A program made the translations under genes and the position numbers. Positions 8,268-13,883 of a stretch of 13,883 nucleotides of DNA are shown here, piece by piece (the first letter of the stretch is position 1; the number at the start of each line of letters is the position of its first letter). The notes under the pieces were generated by a model. That model searched no databases. It was given only the letters and a program-made list of their open reading frames with translations, and was not told where the DNA came from. This DNA is from Thermotogota bacterium (GTDB lineage: Bacteria; Bipolaricaulota; Bipolaricaulia; UBA7950; UBA9294): NCBI GenBank assembly GCA_039679545.1, contig JBDKUT010000100.1, forward strand, positions 1 through 13,883, given 5' to 3'.

Positions 8268-8779
8268 GCGGCAACCCCTCCCCATCGGTCGACGCGGTGC
8301 GGGCCCAGCTGGAGCAGGACGCCGAAGGCGCCGGATACCACCTCAACCCCGATCTCCGGTTCGTGCGCGACCTTGTCGAGGGGCTTCTGAAGAACCGAGA
8401 GCGGTACGGATACCCCGCCTGCCCATGCCGGCTGGCGACGGGCGTTGCCGACGAGGACCGCGATATCGTCTGCCCGTGCGACTATCGGGACGCCGACCTC
8501 CTGGACTGGGGGAGCTGCTACTGTGGCCTGTACGTGTCGAGCAACATCCGAAAGGGCGAGAGCGCGCTCGCGCCGGTGCCCGAACGGCGGCCGCCCAAAG
8601 TGGAGCGGGCGAACCGATCCGACGCAACGCCTGTACGGGTAGCAGGGCGGCTCCCGGTGTGGCGCTGTCGGGTGTGCGGGTACTTGTGCGCTCGTGAGCG
8701 CCCGCCGGCCGTCTGTCCGATCTGTAAGGCGACCGCGGACCGGTTCGAGCTCTTCGGGCAGGGTCGACTGTCGGTCTGA
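8264..8779 (+). CDS. Ferredoxin:thioredoxin-reductase catalytic domain fused to a C-terminal rubredoxin-like domain (ferredoxin:disulfide reductase, FDR type)
   Basis: GL..N..RYGYPACPCR-x-CPC-x12-CYC cluster/disulfide motifs followed by VPERRP. C-terminal WRCRVCGY...PPAVCPICKA...RFE rubredoxin knuckles. Confidence 0.92.
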   Translation: MSGNPSPSVDAVRAQLEQDAEGAGYHLNPDLRFVRDLVEGLLKNRERYGYPACPCRLATGVADEDRDIVCPCDYRDADLLDWGSCYCGLYVSSNIRKGESALAPVPERRPPKVERANRSDATPVRVAGRLPVWRCRVCGYLCARERPPAVCPICKATADRFELFGQGRLSV

Positions 8780-8795
8780 CGCGGCGAAAACGCCG

Positions 8796-8939
8796 CTAGG
8801 AACGAGAGATTACACCGCTGAACGCCGACGTACGGGCGCCGAGTGGTACACGCCCGGACCACAGGGTCTTCACAGCCCCTTCAACCGGACGACGTACCTT
8901 TCTCGATGTACGAGAGCTAGGCAACACTCACACTCCTAG
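8796..8939 (-). ncRNA. Candidate structured RNA (rod with central bubble; family unassigned)
   Basis: Minus-strand ends pair over about 20 bp with several G-U pairs (CUAGGAGUGUGAG..GUUGC / GUAAU.CUCUCGUUCCUAG). An internal H-type pseudoknot is possible. Hand folding only. Confidence 0.35.
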
Positions 8940-8943
8940 TCGA

Positions 8944-8987
8944 GAGGGTCCAGGGCACGAGGGGAGTCCTGGACCCTCAGCCTTTGT
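8944..8987. terminator. Strong hairpin between convergent operons, probable terminator
   Basis: GAGGGTCCAGG (8944-8954) / CCTGGACCCTC (8968-8978) is a perfect 11-bp inverted repeat. Only a weak T-tract (AGCCTTTGT) follows on the + strand. Confidence 0.5.
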
Positions 8988-9036
8988 GGGTACGATGCGT
9001 CGGATGCCGGCCCTGCGCCGCCGCGGGCGCGATGCG

Positions 9037-9888
9037 CTAGATCTTCTTGTTGGACTCGGCGAATCGGACCTCAAGGCAGTCGGCGAGCGGGAGGTATCCC
9101 ATGCGTTGGTAGATGTGGTTCGACGTGGGGTTGTCGAGGTTCGTGAACAGCGTGCAGAACCGCTTCCCCGACTCGAGGATCTCCCGGCTGAGGGACGCAA
9201 CGCACGCCGAGGCGTAGCCGTGGCCCCTCTTCTCCGGGGGCGTATAGACGAGGCTCACGGAGCCGCCGTGGGGCGTGGATCGCGTCGATGCCGCCATCGA
9301 GACGGGGCCTCCGTCATCCCAGACGAGAAGCGTGCGAGCCGCGAGGTGGCGAGCGATGAGCGTCGTTACGTCGTCAGGAGGTGAGCTGGGGATCGCCTCG
9401 GCGTTGAATGCCTTGGTCCATCGCGCGAGCAGTTCCGCGTCGCTCGCCTCCGCCCACCGTGCGTGTCCGCGGACGCCGACGGGAAAGGCCACGGCCGTCA
9501 GCCGGTAGAGGCGCTGGCGCATCGTGACCTCGTGCCGAACGCCGCAGCTCGTTGACCACCATTCGGCGAAGTCCAGGGCGACGTCCCTCTCCGCGTTCAC
9601 TCCAGGAAGGTGCACGCCGGTGTCCGCCAGGTGCTTGGCAACCGGCTCCCATCCCGAGCGTGTCGCGTTTCCCAGAAGAAGGTTGTACGGCGGCGTGCGC
9701 ACGGCGGCAGCGACGACTGCGGTCTCGTCGACGGTGCAGGCGAGAAATGGCGGCTCGTCCCCGTACCGGCGTCCGTCGCGCAGGGCGGTGGCCACGCCAA
9801 GAAGGAGGGCGTTCTCCGCCTCCCGCGCGAGGAGCTTCGGTTCCACGACGTCGAGGAACGCCGCGGCGTCGGAGAACACACGAAGCAT
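9037..9888 (-). CDS. GNAT family N-acetyltransferase (tandem-domain, FR47-like C-terminal GNAT)
   Basis: Acetyl-CoA motif A VSLVYTPPEKRGHGYAS and motif B LFTNLDNPTSNHIYQRMGY. Start overlaps the CYTH stop (TGATG; a GTG at 9891 is an alternative). Confidence 0.9.
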   Translation of the reverse strand: MLRVFSDAAAFLDVVEPKLLAREAENALLLGVATALRDGRRYGDEPPFLACTVDETAVVAAAVRTPPYNLLLGNATRSGWEPVAKHLADTGVHLPGVNAERDVALDFAEWWSTSCGVRHEVTMRQRLYRLTAVAFPVGVRGHARWAEASDAELLARWTKAFNAEAIPSSPPDDVTTLIARHLAARTLLVWDDGGPVSMAASTRSTPHGGSVSLVYTPPEKRGHGYASACVASLSREILESGKRFCTLFTNLDNPTSNHIYQRMGYLPLADCLEVRFAESNKKI

Positions 9889-10406
9889 CACACCGTCCGC
9901 CCCTCGAGGAGATCAACGTAGGCGCACGCGACCCGATCTTCCGACGGCACGCCCAACCTGTCCAAGAGCTCATCGGCGATCGCTGCGCCTTCCTCGCTCT
10001 CCATGTCGTCTTCCAGGGCGACCTCGAGCTCGAGGAAGGAGCCGAGGCCCTCGACCTCGTCGAGGTGAATGCGGGTCCGCCCTGCAAGGTAGAGGGTGCG
10101 TCGTTTGCGGACCACGGCTCGGATGCCGCACGCGCGGGCGAGCAGGTCGCGAAGTGAGGCCGGATCCTGCGTTCGGTGGACGAAGTACTCGGAGGTCTTT
10201 GGTCCCGCTTCGTCTTGACGGTGGTAGTAGATGAGCTCTCCCCGTCCGTCGGGAAAGGTGCGAAGCTTGAAGCGGCCCTCGGGGACGCGGAAGAACATGT
10301 CCTCTTGATCGAGAACCACGGCGGGGGCGTCGGAGAGGTCCGCGGCACGCCGCCGAACGGCCTCCGGATTTCGAAGCTGAGCCTTGATCTCTACGTTACG
10401 AGGCAC
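9888..10406 (-). CDS. CYTH-domain protein (class IV adenylate cyclase / triphosphate tunnel metalloenzyme family)
   Basis: N-terminal NVEIKA (ExK), QEDMFF, KLR, VRKRR, RIHLDEVEGLGSFLELEV and terminal AYVDLL. SD GGGAGG before a GTG start. Confidence 0.92.
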   Translation of the reverse strand: MPRNVEIKAQLRNPEAVRRRAADLSDAPAVVLDQEDMFFRVPEGRFKLRTFPDGRGELIYYHRQDEAGPKTSEYFVHRTQDPASLRDLLARACGIRAVVRKRRTLYLAGRTRIHLDEVEGLGSFLELEVALEDDMESEEGAAIADELLDRLGVPSEDRVACAYVDLLEGRTV

Positions 10407-10466
10407 TTGTCCTCCCTTCCTGAGTGTGCGGCAATGACGCGTTGCGCGCTCCCCAATGTCGAACAG

Positions 10467-11732
10467 CTACCGGTTGCCGCGAACGACAACCCACAGGAGA
10501 ATCCCCGCCAGAGCGGCGAGCACCGCAAGCGTCGCCCAAGGGATGCTCGGACGCTCGGGCGCGCACGGGAGGAAGAACGAGTCGAGGAGTTCGTTCGGGG
10601 TCAGAGTGAACGTGGTCTCGCTCGCCTCGGCAACCGAGACGACGGCGACGGAGATGCCCTTGCGCGTCGTCAAGACCCGGGCGTAGAAGTTGTGACCCTC
10701 GACCGCGACGACCGACCCCTCGACGCGCTTCGAGGCCAGCTCGCGCGGGACGGCGCCTCCTCCACCGACGATGAGGTACGTGATGCCGTCCCTGTCAATC
10801 CGCTCGTAGTTGTGGGCGTGCCCATTGAAGACGATGTCGACGCCGGTCTTGACGAAGATCGGGTGGTAGATCTTCTCATATCCGTACCCGCTTCCGTGGT
10901 ACGCGTCCGAGGAGTAGACCGGGTGGTGGAAGATCACGAACTTGTGCCGCTCCGGCCCCGAGAGTTCCTTCTCGGCCCACGCCTGCTGCTCCAGGATGCG
11001 ATCAGCGCGGCCGGCGTTCGTGTCGAGGCCGACGACGACAACATCACCCCAGTGAAGGGCCCACCACCGCTCGGCGTTCTCGCCGGCGCCGGGTGGATGA
11101 GGGAACGCGTCGTAGTACGAACGGGAATTCTTCTCGTGATTTCCGAGCACGGGAATGAACGGAGCCGCGAGGAGCATCGGCTCGAACGAGGAGAACCAGT
11201 GATCCCAGTAGTCCCCGGCAGGGGACTCGACGAGATCCCCGGCGTGGAGCACGAAGTCGAACGGCGACGTGGAGGCGTCCGCGGCGATCGCGTCGCCCAC
11301 CGCCGCGAGGCGGTTCTCTCCCTCCCATTGCCACTGAGTGTCCGAGAGCACGGCGAACCGTACCGGATCTCCTGCCGCAGGCGCGGTGCGGAACCGGCCG
11401 ATCGGACTCACGTACGTCTCCGAGCCGCTCTGCACCGTTGCGCGGTAGACGTACGCTGTGGCCGAGGCAAGGCCGTCGACCAGGACCTCCGTCCCGCTCC
11501 GATCGCTGGTCGGGACGGGGACATCGATCGTCCGCTCGAACGTCGCGCTCTTGGCGTAGGACGTTGCGGACGCGATCTCGAGCTTCCCGGACATCGGAGG
11601 TGAGCCCATCCAGCAGACAACGACTGACTCGGCAGCCGGCGCGCCGCAGTACGGACCGCGATCGAACGGGCCGGCTGCAACAGCCACGCCCAGCGAGACA
11701 ACGAGAAGGCTTGCGCCGATGAAGCGTTTCAT
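10467..11732 (-). CDS. Exported, C-terminally anchored metallophosphoesterase (FN3/purple-acid-phosphatase-like N-domain plus calcineurin-like catalytic domain)
   Basis: SD GGAGGTG before the ATG at 11732. Signal peptide MKRFIGASLLVVSLGVAVAA. FN3-like GL...TAYVYR...FRTAP. Catalytic motifs SDTQ, HAGDLV, GNHE, FHHP, GHAHNYER. C-terminal TM segment WATLAVLAALAGILLWVVVR. Confidence 0.92.
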   Translation of the reverse strand: MKRFIGASLLVVSLGVAVAAGPFDRGPYCGAPAAESVVVCWMGSPPMSGKLEIASATSYAKSATFERTIDVPVPTSDRSGTEVLVDGLASATAYVYRATVQSGSETYVSPIGRFRTAPAAGDPVRFAVLSDTQWQWEGENRLAAVGDAIAADASTSPFDFVLHAGDLVESPAGDYWDHWFSSFEPMLLAAPFIPVLGNHEKNSRSYYDAFPHPPGAGENAERWWALHWGDVVVVGLDTNAGRADRILEQQAWAEKELSGPERHKFVIFHHPVYSSDAYHGSGYGYEKIYHPIFVKTGVDIVFNGHAHNYERIDRDGITYLIVGGGGAVPRELASKRVEGSVVAVEGHNFYARVLTTRKGISVAVVSVAEASETTFTLTPNELLDSFFLPCAPERPSIPWATLAVLAALAGILLWVVVRGNR

Positions 11733-11814
11733 ACCCACCTCCAGGCGCGAGAGCGTACAGCGCCTCGTGGGGCGGATCCAACAACAGGGTGTCGCGGCCG
11801 CCAGGCCGGCTCAG

Positions 11815-11842
11815 TTGAATCCTCGCTCCCGGCGGCTATCAT
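11815..11842 (+). promoter_or_regulatory. Sigma70-type promoter of the hgcC-like/arsM operon
   Basis: TTGAAT (11815-11820)-N16-TATCAT (11837-11842). SD AGGAGG at 11877-11882. Confidence 0.6.
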
Positions 11843-11846
11843 CGTG

Positions 11847-11871
11847 GTCTGATAGATCAGATGATTCAGAC
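11847..11871. promoter_or_regulatory. Candidate operator: three TC(T/A)GA units at 9-bp period with nested inverted repeats
   Basis: GTCTGATAGATCAGATGATTCAGAC contains the TCTGAT-AG-ATCAGA palindrome and an outer GTCTGA/TCAGAC pair. It is an AT-rich island over the predicted +1. Confidence 0.6.
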
Positions 11872-11888
11872 TCGACAGGAGGCACGCC

Positions 11889-12158
11889 ATGCCGAAGCGA
11901 CGGACGAATGAAGCTGTCGACGCCTGCGGCGAATGCTGCCAGGTGCAGGCGCTCGTCCGAATCGACGACCGAGGACAGATGGTGCTCCCCAAGGACGTGC
12001 GAGAGCGCATGGGGCTGCGAGGCGGCGACAAGCTGGCGCTCTCGGCACTTGAGAAAGGCGGCCGAGTCTGCTGTCTCGTGCTGACCCGAGTAGACGACCT
12101 GGGGGCCGTCGTGAGAGGGATTCTGAGTGCGGCAACCGGCGAAGGAGAGAGCGGATGA
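11889..12158 (+). CDS. hgcC: AbrB/MazE/SpoVT-fold protein with vicinal Cys pairs, resembling the HgcAB-associated protein HgcC
   Basis: Swapped-hairpin signature VRIDDRGQMVLPKDVRERMGLRGGDKL flanked by CGECC and VCC, the pattern I recognise for the HgcC family. ATGA overlap with arsM. Confidence 0.8.
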   Translation: MPKRRTNEAVDACGECCQVQALVRIDDRGQMVLPKDVRERMGLRGGDKLALSALEKGGRVCCLVLTRVDDLGAVVRGILSAATGEGESG

Positions 12159-12997
12159 ACGACGACGGCGTGCGGAAGGCAGTTCGGACTCGGTACGGCG
12201 AGCGCGCGAAGAGCGGGAGCTGCGACTGCTCCTCGTCTCGGTCATGTTGCGGAGGGCGCGAGTCAGGGAGCGAGAGGATCGGCTACAGCACGGACGAACT
12301 TCGTTCGATTCCCCAGGGCGCCGATCTCGGCCTCGGCTGCGGCAACCCGACGGCGATGGCGTCGCTTCGAAAGGGTGAGACCGTTCTCGACCTCGGGTCC
12401 GGCGCCGGCATCGACTGCTTCCTTGCTGCGGAGAAGGTAGGCCCGACGGGGCGTGCGATCGGCGTCGACATGACCCCGGACATGATCGATCGCGCAAGGG
12501 AGAACGCGCGCAAGGAGAAGGTCGCGAACGTCGAGTTCCGCCTGGGCGAGATCGAGCACCTCCCCGTCGCAGACGTCTCGGTCGACGTCGTCATCTCGAA
12601 CTGCGTCGTCAACCTGTCGCCCGACAAGCCGCAGGTCTTCCGAGAGGCCTACCGGGTGCTCAGGCCGGGCGGCCGGATGTTCCTGTCCGACATCGTGCTC
12701 CTGAAGGAGCTTCCCCGCGCCGTGCGCGAGTCCATCGAGGCCTATGTCGGCTGCATTGCCGGGGCGAGCTTGAAGGCCGACTACCTCGCCGCCATCCGTG
12801 CCGCCGGCTTCCGCGACGTTGAGATCGTGAAGGAGACGAGCGCCGAGGCAGCGTTCGGGAGCCGCTGCGCCGAGCCGACCTTCGTCATCGAGGGGCAAGA
12901 GGTTGACCCCGCCGACCTCGGCCTAACCCCGGAGGCGGCCGCGGATCTCGCAGGCTGCGTCGCGAGCGTCACGGTGAAGGCGACAAGACGGACGTAG
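12155..12997 (+). CDS. arsM: Arsenite S-adenosylmethionine methyltransferase
   Basis: VRTRYG..A, N-terminal CDC..CC, LGLGCGNP, SAM motif VLDLGSGAGIDCF, GVDMTPDMI, ISNCVVNLSPDK and VGCIAGA. The catalytic Cys positions of ArsM are present. Confidence 0.95.
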   Translation: MNDDGVRKAVRTRYGERAKSGSCDCSSSRSCCGGRESGSERIGYSTDELRSIPQGADLGLGCGNPTAMASLRKGETVLDLGSGAGIDCFLAAEKVGPTGRAIGVDMTPDMIDRARENARKEKVANVEFRLGEIEHLPVADVSVDVVISNCVVNLSPDKPQVFREAYRVLRPGGRMFLSDIVLLKELPRAVRESIEAYVGCIAGASLKADYLAAIRAAGFRDVEIVKETSAEAAFGSRCAEPTFVIEGQEVDPADLGLTPEAAADLAGCVASVTVKATRRT

Positions 12998-13078
12998 CGG
13001 CAAATGGACTGTGTGCCGGCGGCAAACGGATGGAGTGCCGAGCGCCGAGCCGTGGAGAGTCCGTAAGACAGTGCGATC

Positions 13079-13107
13079 TTGAACGCGGCGCGGCGATCCT
13101 GGATACT
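13079..13107 (+). promoter_or_regulatory. Sigma70-type promoter upstream of the long GNAT leader
   Basis: TTGAAC (13079-13084)-N17-GATACT (13102-13107). Confidence 0.5.
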
Positions 13108-13113
13108 GTCCGC

Positions 13114-13418
13114 CACCTCACGGCGTCTGCGGCTGGCGCGGCGCACTTCTCGGTGAGGTCTCTGCTTCGGATTGGCAGGACAAGGAGAGGAACCCAGGTG
13201 TAGCTACCTACGCGCTCGTACGGACCGGGTTGTAGGACGGACCGGAAGGCCGCGACCAGCTGCGTCTGGGCTTCTCTCTTGTTTGTTGCTTCGATCGAAG
13301 CTGCCTGTTGGCGCGGTCCCTCTTCCCGTCCTAAGACGAAGAACCTCTTCGGTCCGCATCTGCCGCCGATGCGGCGTGGACCGATGGCTTGCACGAGAAC
13401 ACACGAAAGGACGAGTTG
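13114..13418 (+). promoter_or_regulatory. Highly structured 5' leader (candidate attenuator) with an SD-GTG-TAG minimal ORF
   Basis: Stem of about 26 bp (13178-13205 / 13258-13284; G-U pairs favour the + strand) closes a two-hairpin junction and ends in a T-rich run. AAGGAGAGG-N7-GTG-TAG lies inside the 5' arm. Further hairpins at 13116-13159 and 13350-13383. Confidence 0.55.
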
Positions 13419-13883
13419 ATGAACCTCGACATGCGTGCTTACCGAGACGACAACGACATCTGGAGAATCCGCGAGTTCCTTCGGGGAGTCTACCTCGCGA
13501 ACGATCGGCGAGAGCATTCGTGGCATGTTGCGCGCTTCGACTACTGGCGATGGCACACGGTGGCGAACTGCGGGCAGACTCTCGACAACCTCTTCCTCTG
13601 GGAGACTCGAGGCGGCGAGATCGCTGCGTTCCTGACGACGGAAGGCGGCGGCGACGCGTTCCTCAACGTTCATCCGGAGGCGCGGACGGCGTCGCTGGAA
13701 GACGAGATGGTGGCCGTCGCCGAGAAGCACTTAGCCGTGCCGTGTACCGGCGGACCCTCCCTTGTCGTCGCCGCCCGTGAGGGAGACACGCTGCGGGAGG
13801 ACGTGCTTGCGGCGCGGGGTTACAAGCGCCTCGAGCACTGTGAGGATCAGCGACGCCTCGACCTGACCGGGCGGCTTCCCGAA
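13419..13883 (+). CDS. Probable GNAT family N-acetyltransferase, N-terminal part (3'-truncated; absent from the ORF track)
   Basis: AAAGGA SD, ATG at 13419, open to the window end: MNLDMRAYRDDNDIWRIREFLRGVYLANDRREHSWHVARFDYWRWH...LFLWETRGGEIAAFL...FLNVHPEAR..LEDEMVAVAE...LAARGY. This has the 'VHP..R' and 'L..RGY' GNAT-like pattern. Confidence 0.75.
   Translation, partial: MNLDMRAYRDDNDIWRIREFLRGVYLANDRREHSWHVARFDYWRWHTVANCGQTLDNLFLWETRGGEIAAFLTTEGGGDAFLNVHPEARTASLEDEMVAVAEKHLAVPCTGGPSLVVAAREGDTLREDVLAARGYKRLEHCEDQRRLDLTGRLPE

Noticed and set aside
8834..8880. tRNA-like D-loop string GCCGAGTGGTACACGC
   Set aside because: No T-arm (GTTCRA) and no acceptor-stem pairing.
8796..8990. tmRNA or RNase P identity for the structured intergenic region
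   Set aside because: Too short; lacks the tRNA-like ends and tag peptide of tmRNA and the GAGGAAAGTCC motif of RNase P RNA.
10176..11603. 475-aa plus-strand ORF
   Set aside because: Antisense shadow of the metallophosphoesterase and CYTH genes.
11889..12158. Mercury methylation capacity, or a toxin-antitoxin antitoxin role, for the AbrB-fold gene
   Set aside because: No hgcA cap-helix motif or hgcB ferredoxin in the window, and the downstream partner is arsM rather than a toxin.
13238..13256. SRP RNA domain IV-like string GGACCGGAAGG
   Set aside because: Lacks the conserved CAGG before and AGCAG after the GGAA loop.
12969..13780. 253-aa minus-strand ORF and 202-aa plus-strand ORF (13172-13780)
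   Set aside because: No recognisable protein features; both conflict with the SD-supported GNAT frame starting at 13419.

Overview
High-GC bacterial window; gene style is reminiscent of Ca. Bipolaricaulota, which is an unverified impression. The left half holds the 3' end of a probable outer-membrane beta-barrel gene, tightly followed by a 2226-aa secreted protein with about 7 Ig-like domains, an internal hydrophobic helical hairpin, about 1250 aa of acidic DxDxDG Ca2+-binding repeats and an unrecognised C-terminal domain. The right half holds a secreted hypothetical protein; a glutaredoxin (CVWC) plus FTR-rubredoxin disulfide-reductase pair; a minus-strand metallophosphoesterase, CYTH and GNAT cluster; an hgcC-like AbrB-fold gene coupled to arsM behind a promoter with a triple-repeat operator; and a truncated GNAT gene. 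The most unusual signals are: (1) the ~300-nt structured leader of the last GNAT gene, with a sequestered SD-GUG-UAG minimal ORF whose read-through frame ends exactly on the GNAT start (TGATG); (2) the hgcC-like/arsM unit with no ArsR or hgcAB in view and a candidate operator; (3) the beta-barrel plus giant protein pair; (4) a minus-strand rod/pseudoknot RNA candidate at 8796-8939. All assignments come from manual motif reading and hand folding; no searches were run.
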